From assembly GCA_048013815.1 (NCBI GenBank), contig CM106585.1:15500001-15564000 (forward strand): a stretch of 64,000 nt of DNA, given 5' to 3'. The DNA is from Setoptus koraiensis (taxonomy: Eukaryota; Animalia; Arthropoda). A program made the translations under genes and the position numbers. Below, in pieces: positions 37,689 to 48,266 of this stretch (position 1 is the stretch's first letter; every line of letters starts with the position of its first letter). The notes below the pieces were generated by a model that worked only from the letters and a program-made list of their open reading frames with translations, was not told the DNA's origin and ran no database searches.

Positions 37689-37945
37689 GGAGGTGGCACT
37701 AGCTCCCTTTACGTTTCTCTCACTTTTGGAGCACGCTCGAGATCGAACAATCTAAACAAGATGCATCTCTGAGAATATCTCTGTTCGAATCGCAACCTAA
37801 TCCCTCTGTTGGTGCCTTTGTCTCGCCGGCTAGGTACAGGAAGAATCCCGTTTGAATCGTCGGCTGGGGGGAGAGCTGGGAGATAACCTTCTCGTTTCAA
37901 AAACGAGTAGAGGGATATGAAGGTAAAGGTTGCAGACATCGTGTG
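37689..37945. ncRNA. Candidate structured non-coding RNA (identity unknown)
   Basis: Nested complementary stems read by eye (7, 7, 8, 6 and 7 bp) and a B-box-like GTTCGAATC; no match to a snRNA or tRNA sequence I can recognise. Confidence 0.3.
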
Positions 37946-38652
37946 CCTGGGAGGAAAAAAGCATTCATTTCAGTTGTTCACCGATTCTATATACTCGTGA
38001 GAGAACGATAACAACACTGAAAAATGTTGCACGCTGTTCTAGCCAGTTTTTGGTTTTCTCTCCTCTAGAGGGATGCACACGTTTTGATTTTTATAATAAA
38101 ACAGCGCCCTCTAGGCATTGTATCGAACCAAACTTGGTGCAACTATTTGCATGCGCACACACACAAAGGCACAGCCCAGCTCAAGAGTACAAGTTGTGCA
38201 CTGGGTGGATTAGTCAGTGTACCTGTTTCAAACTTGTGCCCCACTTAGTTTAGCTGAATTATCGAGCAAGTTAGGTTTCCCAAGCAGAAAACTTAAAATT
38301 GTGCAGCACAATGAACACACAAATAAACTATGGAACTGGACAGCGTAGATTTCGTTTTCACGCGACCACCCGAGAGGCTCTTCTGCGCCCAATTGTTTAT
38401 AATCACCTTCGATTGGGGGCCTCCCATCAACAAAATACCAGGCCAACAATTACTTCTTATAAGACATGTGCATTTGCACGAAAACATTCATTTCAATTGA
38501 CCAGATGGATGAGAGTCGCAGCTGTTATTGGTTTGTCTTCTCATTTTTACCGCAAAACATTAGAACAAATCAACACAGGTAACGCTCCCAAAACGCCACA
38601 TAATCCACAATACTAATCTTTGCTCACGGCGCAAAAAAGCACCCTAATAATT

Positions 38653-38913
38653 ATGACCAGATCAATCAAAATTCAACCTGAAAACATCAGTAGGAGCAAC
38701 AGTAGGACATTTACCCCAAAGAAGACTATCGAAGCGCGCCCAAGATTACAGCCTGGAGCTTGCAGGCGATGTGTAGAAAAGGTCTGCTTCATTTGTCCCG
38801 ATTGTGACAACTCTTGGCAGTGTTATTTTCATTGGTGTTATATTTTATTTGGATTTACATTGGCCCTTGGCCTTGTCGCACTTATATTGTATCTAGGTGA
38901 TTACTGGAAATAA
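38653..38913 (+). CDS. Small (86 aa) Cys-rich protein with a C-terminal transmembrane segment
   Basis: ATG at 38653; CRRCVEKVCFICPDCDNSWQCYFHWC followed by YILFGFTLALGLVALILYL and a short tail. Confidence 0.55.
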   Translation: MTRSIKIQPENISRSNSRTFTPKKTIEARPRLQPGACRRCVEKVCFICPDCDNSWQCYFHWCYILFGFTLALGLVALILYLGDYWK

Positions 38914-38919
38914 ATCTCG

Positions 38920-41268
38920 TCAACAAATATCTTGGACTTCTTGCTGTCTTGCTTTGTATCCAGCAGCCTTTATTTGCTCTTGGTGGAATTGTTGCCGCTC
39001 TTGAAGAAGCTGTTGGCGCTGATACTCCAAGGTTTCTCTTTCCTTGTCCATCAACGACTCAAGTTCCTCAAAATGTTTCATTTTGATATCGAGCTTTTTC
39101 AACTGGGTGTCTATCAAGACAGATACTAATGACTTAATTTTACGTTCTTCGATAGCCGCTAAATGTTTTGCTTTAACGGCTGCAGCGCCAAGGGCACAAG
39201 CTGCCGCAATAGATAAGTTTTCCTCATTGAGAAGACGGGCTTGTGGAGTGAGAGTCTCGCTTGTACTTTCGGACACTTTTTGATGAGATGAATCAGTAAC
39301 TGGCTGTTCTTTTTCTTTTTCTTGCGTTTTCGCTCCGATGGCTTCAGTGGGTTTGTCGGTCTCTTGTTCCTCAGGTGTGGATTGCTCATTATTTTCAGGA
39401 GGAACTTCTTTTACATTATTGTTCTCCAACTCAGATCTGATTAATTTATCATTTTCGTTGGGATGATCGTTGACGACACCATTAGTTATTGTTGACTTAC
39501 TAGACGAATCTGAGATTGAATCATTCTTTTCGGTGGTTGCAGTGACATCCTTATTCTCGTTCGTAGTCCTATTTTCTTGGTCTGATTTCGAATCCCTCTC
39601 TGTTATACCCCCTTCCGCTGTTACAGGATCTTTTGCTTGTGTATCAGCAGCATTTTCTTCATTTTTTTGAGTGTCAATCAATTTAGCCTGTTTTGCTGTT
39701 TCTGCATCATCATTCTTTTTACTTTTTTCTTCATCTTCTTGGTTCTTCATCACTTTGGCTTTGTCAGCTAACTTTGAGAATTCATTTAAGGCTGCTTTGG
39801 CAGCGGCTGAAGCAACTCTTGGATCCACAACAGATGCTAGGAAAGCCACAGTTGACATTATAGGGTTGCCTGACTTAGAAAAGGGTATAGGTTGGTTGTC
39901 AAGTAAGGTAGACTCATCGCTGAATTCAGCAAGGAAAGGATCCTCGATAGGTAAGCGAAGAAAGTGCAAAATGCATTCGTCTTGTGTTCTACTGCCGACA
40001 TGTTCACACACTTTGTTCCAATCATCTCTAAAAAGTTCAATGCCTTCAAGTAGTAAAAGTGTTTCGGCCTCGTTCCATTCCCTAGATACAGTAGCTGCTC
40101 CTCGATATTGAAAATTTGCATTCTGAAGAGCATACTGGTCCCACTTGAGACCGAAATTGTTTGCCATCCTCGTCTTCATAGCTTTTTTCTGTTCTTTTTG
40201 TGCCTCAGACAAAGCCTCGTCACGTTGTCTCATGTCTAATAATTGGGTGGAAGCTGGTTCGTTTTTAACTTTGGTATTCTCCATTGGTTTCAATCCAGAT
40301 GGTGTATCAACGATAACATGAAAATGATTTGTGGACGGGGGTCCCATGGGAGATGGCCGAATATCAGGATCGACCTGATAGTTAATGAGACCCCATTGCT
40401 CTAGAAAGGCATGCACTCTCATGATCGCACAAACATCTCCAGCAAGATTCCTACGGCATGCTGTTACACTCAAATATTCAGTAGGATTCAATCTATACGT
40501 GTCAATTATAAAGTTCCGATAAGCAATATATACCTCAGGCGTCTTAGACTTATTGGTGCTGTTGAAGAATTCTGGTAAGGCTCTACGTTCCACAGAATGT
40601 ATACAATTATAATTGAACCATGAAGAGTAGCTTGGCACAATAATGTGGCTAATTTGGTCTATGAACTGACTATCTTTATCATTTTCGCTCTCACTAGATT
40701 TTCCCAATTCTTTTTGAATATCTGCTGTTTGAGATGCCGCCATCTTGGGCGAAGCAATATGGCGAACTGAGTTTAACTGCTGATAATCACCATTCTCATT
40801 ATTATTGGGATTGCTAACTAACTGTGCAGCCACCGATTCATTTTTAATATCTAGATCCAGCACAACTCCACCTCTGACGGGAGCCATATCTGAACCTGGG
40901 TGCACCTTAGGAGGTGCGCGTGGCGAATGGACTTCACGCAAATTAATCTCATCTGGTGGATCATCCATATGTTTAGTGGGATCCGAGTCCTGCCCTGCAT
41001 CTAAGTTATTATTGTTACTTGCAGAGTTTCTACTTTTTCTTTTGTTTCCCCTCGATTCGCATCCTGTTTTACTGTTGTTGGTAGCAGCAGCAGTCTTTGC
41101 CCTCTTAGCACGTTCTGTATGATTATGAGTCCCATTACTGATGTTATTTACAGATTCATCATTATTAGGTGTTGATGGTGATCTCTTTCTCTTTTGGCTG
41201 GATGCTAATTCAGCCTGATTACCGATTGCCACGGCTTTAGAAGCAGGTAGTGCTTGATCTTTTGGCAT
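38920..41268 (-). CDS. SMARCC2: SWI/SNF (BAF) core subunit SMARCC1/2 (moira) orthologue: SWIRM, SANT and C-terminal coiled coil
   Basis: HIIVPSYSSWFNYNCIHSVERRALPEFFN, YRLNPTEYLSVTACRRNLAGDVCAIMRVHAFLEQWGLINYQVD, REWNEAETLLLLEGIELFRDDWNKVCEHVGSRTQDECILHFLRLPIEDP, PFSKSGNPIMSTVAFLASVVDP, AAVKAKHLAAIEERKIKSLV. First ATG at 41268; intronless over this span. Confidence 0.95.
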   Translation of the reverse strand: MPKDQALPASKAVAIGNQAELASSQKRKRSPSTPNNDESVNNISNGTHNHTERAKRAKTAAATNNSKTGCESRGNKRKSRNSASNNNNLDAGQDSDPTKHMDDPPDEINLREVHSPRAPPKVHPGSDMAPVRGGVVLDLDIKNESVAAQLVSNPNNNENGDYQQLNSVRHIASPKMAASQTADIQKELGKSSESENDKDSQFIDQISHIIVPSYSSWFNYNCIHSVERRALPEFFNSTNKSKTPEVYIAYRNFIIDTYRLNPTEYLSVTACRRNLAGDVCAIMRVHAFLEQWGLINYQVDPDIRPSPMGPPSTNHFHVIVDTPSGLKPMENTKVKNEPASTQLLDMRQRDEALSEAQKEQKKAMKTRMANNFGLKWDQYALQNANFQYRGAATVSREWNEAETLLLLEGIELFRDDWNKVCEHVGSRTQDECILHFLRLPIEDPFLAEFSDESTLLDNQPIPFSKSGNPIMSTVAFLASVVDPRVASAAAKAALNEFSKLADKAKVMKNQEDEEKSKKNDDAETAKQAKLIDTQKNEENAADTQAKDPVTAEGGITERDSKSDQENRTTNENKDVTATTEKNDSISDSSSKSTITNGVVNDHPNENDKLIRSELENNNVKEVPPENNEQSTPEEQETDKPTEAIGAKTQEKEKEQPVTDSSHQKVSESTSETLTPQARLLNEENLSIAAACALGAAAVKAKHLAAIEERKIKSLVSVLIDTQLKKLDIKMKHFEELESLMDKERETLEYQRQQLLQERQQFHQEQIKAAGYKARQQEVQDIC

Positions 41269-41329
41269 GTGGGCAGAGTGCGTGTGGCGTAATTGTGACT
41301 GTAGCCTATCTATGTTCCTCAAGATGATT

Positions 41330-42480
41330 TTTCTATTAGATTTTTTTTCAATACAATTGTATCGAATAGATATGGTCTAGCCAAATAAAGGTTGGAGTAC
41401 CTAGCGAATACGTTAAATCATTAGTTCCAATAAGTGTTCGTATGAATATCATATGTTATGCCTCACAATATGGATAGTGATGTTATTTTTAATAATGGTG
41501 TTGCGTTTCCAGCCTTCATATGCTCATACCATTTGGATTGAAGTCATCACTTAATTTAGTTTAGATTTTATATTACTTCAAGAAAAAAAAATAATTCAAT
41601 CCATTAAATAGTTACAGGTAGTTTGTAGGACATTTTACACACAATTAATCGATATGATATGAATGAATGTAAAACGAATTATTTATTTTGTCAGTTATTT
41701 ATTACAGATATACTGGGTGTAAATCTCACTTCTTACCAATCTTCTGTGCCTGGTTTTGTACACACGAAGCTTGAGATTGCGTATGTGCGCGATTCGGTCG
41801 ATCTCGTGCAGGCTATCTGATTTTTGTGCAAAAAGTAGATTCAATCATACAGGCACAAAATAGTAAATTAGCGTTTTGTGCCATTCTTTTACGCAAGCAG
41901 CGCACAAGTGCGTCCGTGTGCTTGTGCGCAGCGAATCGGCAAGAAGTGAGATAACACCCAGCACATGAATGCTTCAAGCGCGGTTTATTTTACGCTGCCT
42001 CTAACGCTGCATCCATCGCGAAAGCATGCGAGATGTTAAACGAGTCACATATGCTGCCGTTCTCAGCCTCTACACATTGCCATGTGCTGTCTACTAACTA
42101 ACAATGACTGAAGCTGGATACAGCCACAACACGGCGCCACCATCGATATTTCGTCACTGTGTGCTGGTAACTTTCTTTTTTTTGTCTATGCTTTCATTTA
42201 TTGTGCCTCGATTCAATGGTCACTAACCCAGAACGAATTAGCATAGTGATATACAGGCCATATCACAATTTTCAAACTACATGTTTCGAAAAGAATGATT
42301 TTGGCTTCTTTTGTTAGATACCTATTATACATTTAGATACACACAACGAGAAGAATTCTAACAGTTGCCGTTATTTTCAGCTGGTGTGATTCCTGTCACT
42401 TGATTGATTCACCACCACAATAAGTTTACTATTGTCGAGGAGGATGTGAGGAAGAGTAGAAGAAGAAATTCATATTCACT
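41330..42480. promoter_or_regulatory. Intergenic region between divergently oriented SMARCC and DLG5-like genes (likely bidirectional promoter and 5' UTR exons)
   Basis: Head-to-head gene orientation; a minus-strand donor-like G|GTAAGA near 41745; no long ORF. Confidence 0.4.
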
Positions 42481-42516
42481 GCCATAACATTTAATTTGCC
42501 AGATCTGCCATTAGCC

Positions 42517-45211
42517 ATGTCAAACCGACATCCATCTGTCTACCACAGGCAGCAGCCTGATTACATCTCACTGAAAGGTTCTGCGAGCGGACTAAACTCG
42601 CAACGGCCTCAGGTGGATCCCATTATTGATAGATTAGAACAAGCGCAAAGTGAGGTGACTCGATTGAAGAAGGCCTACGATGACATTGTCGAGAAACGCA
42701 ATCATCTAAAGGTAGAATGTCGTATGGGTATACAAGCGATGTGTGTCGCTGGTAGAAGAAACGAAATACTTCAGAATCAATTGGCCAATATTATGCAAAA
42801 CAGTAATGCTAAAGAGATCAGTCGACTACAAAGTGAGAGAGATGCTGCCGTGCATGATTATAATTTAGTTATGCAAGAAAGAGACACTGTTCACAAGGAA
42901 ATAGACAGGCTACAGGAAGATCTGAGCGAATCTCAGCGAACCTGTTCTATATTGGAGACAGAGAAACGTATGTCAGCCAGTGAGATTGAGAGCCTAAAGG
43001 AAAAACTAGATATCACCATAAAAGAGAGGAATAGACTAGCGGGAAACTGCCAGGACCTGCGTAATCAAGTCAATAATTTAATGTCGATCATATCATCTAA
43101 TACTCCAGCTTGCGACTATCAAAGCTCACCTCAACAGGTGGCCGGACACATGGGGTCAATGCATCGAAATTTTCACACAGCGTGCCCCTCCATCATGAAT
43201 GATAGTTTGTACAGATATTACACTTCTTCAACATCTAGTTACGGTACTAGATTGAGCAACTGTTCGCAGGGTGGATTGTCTTCGATAACTAATTCTCGTT
43301 CCAATAACCATACCTGGCAACCTACAAAAGATAATGTCCTATCACCTACACATTTAGATTGCGCCGATCGTCCATCGATTGTTACCCCAGATGACAGTAA
43401 CGCAATACTAAAATCTGGAAATATATTGAATAGTAACTACGATAATCATCGACTTGCAACGCACAAGACTTCGTTATATCAGGAAAGTGCCTACTCCTCA
43501 AGATTCAGTGGCTCAAATGTCGAATTTTCCAAGGTGCAATCACAATCACCTTATTCGAGTTTATGCACCTATGACGGAAACAGTCGGTCTACATCCACCC
43601 CTTTAGCAGAAAATGTTGGTCACATGAGGCTAGGTGCAACAAGTGGGACAAACGATAAAAGTTTGGGTAGTAATGGCCAGCAAACCTACAATCAAGCAAG
43701 CGAATCAAGAGACATGCGGATGCTAATCTCTAGAATTGATGATCTCACATACAAACTAACTGAAGCTCAATGTGATGCTAGGCATTTGGCAGAAAATAGA
43801 GAACAGATCATCGTGGAGCGAGATAAGTTGGTATCAGAAAGAAACTCTATACGTCTTCTTTGTGATAGATTGCGCCGAGAAAGAGACGGGGCAGTGAGTA
43901 AGCTTGCTGAGGCCCTGCACGACTCAAACAATTTCAAACTCCTGATGGCTGAACAACGAGTGGAAATGAAAGAATTGAGACATTTGCAGGATCACTATGG
44001 TGTTAAACATGATCGTGACACGCTTGGATATAGTTCGACATCCATGATAACACATAAAGGTTGCAACGATTATCATTCAAATCAGCACCATCCAAAGAGC
44101 AATATCCATTATCACAATCAGTGCCATCAAGCTTCCAAAAACTGCAAATTGTTCGCGAGTCATCAGATATTAAATAACAATAATTTAACATCAATGTTAG
44201 GTCAGACAAATCTATTTAGAACCTCAGCACAATCAGAGAGCAACTCATGTGACATTGTTTCGAGCTCAACCAACAGCATGAATACAACATCAAATCAAGG
44301 CCAGCTTCGGAGATCAGTATACAATAATTCCAATTCTACTGTCAATCCCGCGATACCAAACAACCATAGCACGACTTCGAAAACTGTTGATTGCATCTTG
44401 AAGAATAACAATCGTTCTAACAAGCAAAAATCTCAAACGAATAACAATCATGACTCGTCAAAATTAGATTTATCAACTTTACCGGAGAATAGAGATTCAG
44501 AACTCCAAGCAAATAAGAGTAGTCAATCATCATCACCAAAATTATCCTCAACCCATGAGGTCTCTAGCTCCTCTATTCCATCTCAGACAAGCACCACTGT
44601 CCAATGCAAGGCGAGCCTTGAGTTGGCTGTGGATGCAGATTTTTCTTTCGAGCTTCCTGTACTAAAGCCAAATGATGTAAAAAAACCATCGGCAGACAAA
44701 GATCAGCACACACAATCATCCAATGATCTTAACATATCGGAATCAACCTGTGACCGTTCAAACAAGTTGAGATCAAACAACAGTAACAACTATCAAGAAT
44801 CAGTTAGCTCCAGTGAGCAAATCTCATCCTATCAAAACAATTCTGAGAATTCACTCATGAAATATGGCTTCGACATAAGTGATAGAAGCGAATTAGGTAA
44901 GATACTCATTTTAGTTTTCTCACACTTACGGATACACTAAATTAGTTTTACAGAGAACTATGACTGAACTCTCATTACAATTTTTTTCAACAGGTATCAA
45001 AGGTATATTCGTGGCTAGTGTCATGAAAGGCAGCCAAGTTGAGCAATTTCTGGAGGTAGGAGACCAATTATTGGATGTGAATGGAGTTAATTTGCGTCAA
45101 GCAACTAGCCATGCTCAAGCTAAAGAATTATTCAACTATTACTATCACACAGAGAATCCTATCCGAATTGCGTGTCGTCGTAGGACCTCTAGCTATACCA
45201 TAAACAGATAG
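42517..45211 (+). CDS. DLG5: DLG5-like protein: coiled coils plus one PDZ domain (865 aa); exons 42517-44896 and 44994-45211
   Basis: ERDAAVHDYNLVMQERDTVHKEIDRLQEDL and LRRERDGAVSKLAEALHDS match the DLG5 coiled-coil signatures as I recall them. A GT-AG phase-1 intron leads to the PDZ GIFVASV..LEVGDQLLDVNGVNLRQAT. Confidence 0.75.
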
Positions 45212-46983
45212 CGGAAAGCTACTTGTTTTTTTCACTTGTTGTTTACGTCTCATGATCATCAAGCCATTAATTGTGACTGTGTCCATTCATCTTTCATGTA
45301 GAATAAATTTTATATTGCATAATGCATTAAGGTAAACGCGGGAAAGGGGAATGACTTTAATTGATATACGCCACACATAACGGCATATTACATAACAGTT
45401 ACTAATGGCAAATATGTGCGTGGTGCATAGTGGCTAGCAGTATAGTGACCAGGTCATTTACCTCAGCATGACAAGCTCGTCACAGTTGTTTTAGCTACTT
45501 GCGCTGACCATTGAGCTTGCGCCAAGAGTCTAGATAAACTGGCCCTGATGCTAGTTGTGATCTGACTAGGCCGCTCTACTAAAGATTCCCCCACATTAAC
45601 AATTAATTGCGGTCAGTCATGTGATGTGTGTGTTTTTGAATATTTAAAACTCTGGTAGATTGTTGAAACTGTTCTGAAAATGCGCTCAATAACTGACCGA
45701 TAGATGATAGATTGAGATGGCCAACAATTGACATTTGACAATGGAGGTGGTATGTTAATTGATCATCATCGTTCCAGTTCTAACAACAACAGCAACAACA
45801 ACAACAACAACAACTGAACGCTGCTGTTCATGGTTACAGACACACAAGTATCACTTTCATCGAGGATAAACAGTAGCCGTGTTTCATAGCACCGGCAAGT
45901 AAGTTAACTGAACGTCAACTGTTCAGAAAGCTGCTACTTATGTATGCATGCATGCGTCATCTATATTTGATACATTACGTAACTTTTGATGCATGAATGA
46001 TATGATGGTGCACTTGTTGTTTGTGTTGTAGTTGACCTGCCAAATTGTCAAATTACTGCCACCTAACTAACAATTTGTGTGAGTTGGTTGGTTTGCCACG
46101 CCAGTATAAAGTGACAGCAGTAATGGTAGTGTTGGCGGTCATTAGCGGCCGCTGGACAGGACACATAATCATTATGGATGCAAGACATGATTGCAGTTTC
46201 TGTAGTAACATTGTTGTTGTTGTCTTAACTAATGATACCCATTCCAAGCAATAGGATATGTAAATAGATCTGCAGTGATGGCTGAGAAGATATTGTCATA
46301 TATTCATCACTTGCTTTGTCGGCGTTGCCAGTGTCAGCCACCGGTCACTAGTTGGCCAATTGATGTGTGTGTGTGTGTGTAGAGCAATGAGAAATATTGG
46401 CCATTGGTCAATTCTCATTATGCGTTGCGTCATACACTCACAAACTATTTACAGTTATTCTGGCCATCGGTGTCCTCTATGGTCGGCGATGTATGCGATG
46501 CCTGTGTTTAGACTGCAAAGTCAGCTTGGTAGCATCACGGGTCATCGAAGCTTCGGCCAGATACAGGCAGCGCAGGATACAGGTTAGTGTTTTTATCATG
46601 CCGGGGGATATCAGCATTGGCCAGCATATCGGCCAATGGGCGTTTAGTGTCAGTGGACGATGAAACAAAAAATGAAGAAATGGCAAAAAATAGCACCGGC
46701 ACTGGTCGACTGGCGGCGCCGGCGCCGGCACCAATAAAAATGGCTGGCCCAAAAAAGCAACAACAACAACAACAATCGCTGGACGTAGGTCAGTGGTCGG
46801 CAATGGCAATGATGGTCGCCATCGAAACGGATTGTGTGGGAACGTGCCTCCTTTTTTGCCGCGGCCAGCGCTCAATACGCTCACCTGGTCATGTGTACTG
46901 GTCAGTATACATCTGTATGTACCCGTGTGAGTGGCTGACCAATGTGATTAGTGCTGGCTGCCGATTGCCGCATCGTTGTGCTC

Positions 46984-47103
46984 TAACAACAGCAGCAACA
47001 ACAACAACAACAGCAACAACAACGACAACAACAGCAACAACAACGACAACAACAGCAACAACAACGACAACAACAGCAACAACAACGACAACAACAGCAA
47101 CAA
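46984..47103. repeat. ACA/GCA/ACG trinucleotide-derived tandem repeat (about 18-bp higher-order unit)
   Basis: Repeating acaacaacagcaacaacaacg-type units. Confidence 0.85.
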
Positions 47104-47864
47104 CGGTGCAGACATGCCAGAGTTGCATAGATTCAATGATGCATGCTCGGTTAATTTAATCGATTTGCATCATAATGACAGCCCTTGCATACGCTTGTGC
47201 TACTTGTTCTGGTGTTTGCATCCATGCCGCTGCCCATGTAAATATTGTTGCTGGCACAAAGCACAAAGCCCAAAGCCATGCAGTTATTCATACGAGACAT
47301 TATTACATAATACATGGCGAGTGGTGATTAGTATACTTCATACTACATACAATGTATGTTACAATGGCGAGGCGTCCAGCTAGCAACATTAGCGCTTTTT
47401 AAGGCCATATAACACACACATCTGACCGATAATATCTGCTGACTGCTGATATCTGACTGACTTGTGAGGCAACATGTTGACTTTTGAACTCATCTAACAC
47501 TGGTCAGCTGCTGGTCAGTGGTATTAGACTCGCACACTCGAGTGGCCGTTTTCTCACAACAGTTGCGAGAGAATGCCCGCGGTGATAATGTCAAGAGCTA
47601 GGCAACATTCAAAGAAACATTGTGATGTGTAATCGCTCGACCACTTTGCTCGAGCCTCGAGGTGCCGGGCGCCCAAGCGGCCGAAATGATGAGCTTGCCT
47701 GCTCATCGGCGCTGCACTTGAGCCGGGGCCAATCGCCAATAGGGGGCCCGGCTCAATGGAATCGCTGGCTGGATTCGCTGGCTGGCCCGATTGGCGCCAA
47801 CACATGCCAGCCACATTGGGGCTCTTTGGCACTGAAGCGATGGTCGTCTTGACATGCCACATAT

Positions 47865-47902
47865 CAAATGTGACATATCAAATGTGACACATCAAATGTG
47901 AC
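47865..47902. repeat. 14-bp minisatellite (catatcaaatgtga) x about 3
   Basis: Direct tandem copies with one substitution. Confidence 0.8.
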
Positions 47903-48205
47903 AAATGACTAGACCTAGAACAGCCGTGTCGATCAGAACATAGCGGGCCGATAACGGGCAACGGTCGCATCGCGGTCAACAAATCACTGTATATGTGGCG
48001 CACGGCCCGTGTGTTGGTCAGTTTGTTGTTGTGGCTTGTTGTTAATCGAATACAACTTGTATTATACAACTTGTATAATAATACAAGGCCATACGGCACA
48101 CACATTGATGAGCACTGGCCATCTGACATAGAACCTAGATTGATGAGGTGTAGTTAAGTAGGCAGTCACGATGAAAGTTTGATCGATTGATGTATTCATT
48201 CACAC

Positions 48206-48228
48206 GACACACACACGCACACACACAC

Positions 48229-48265
<37 letters not shown>
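48206..48265. repeat. (CA)n microsatellite, interrupted
   Basis: Long CA run with CG interruptions. Confidence 0.9.

Positions 48266-48266
<1 letters not shown>

Noticed and set aside
37783-37791. GTTCGAATC as a tRNA T-loop
   Set aside because: Flanks do not form a T-stem and no cloverleaf can be built; retained only as a B-box-like motif.
37793-37803. AACCTAA as a telomerase RNA template for TTAGG repeats
   Set aside because: Only 7 nt of match, and those bases are needed for the proposed stems.
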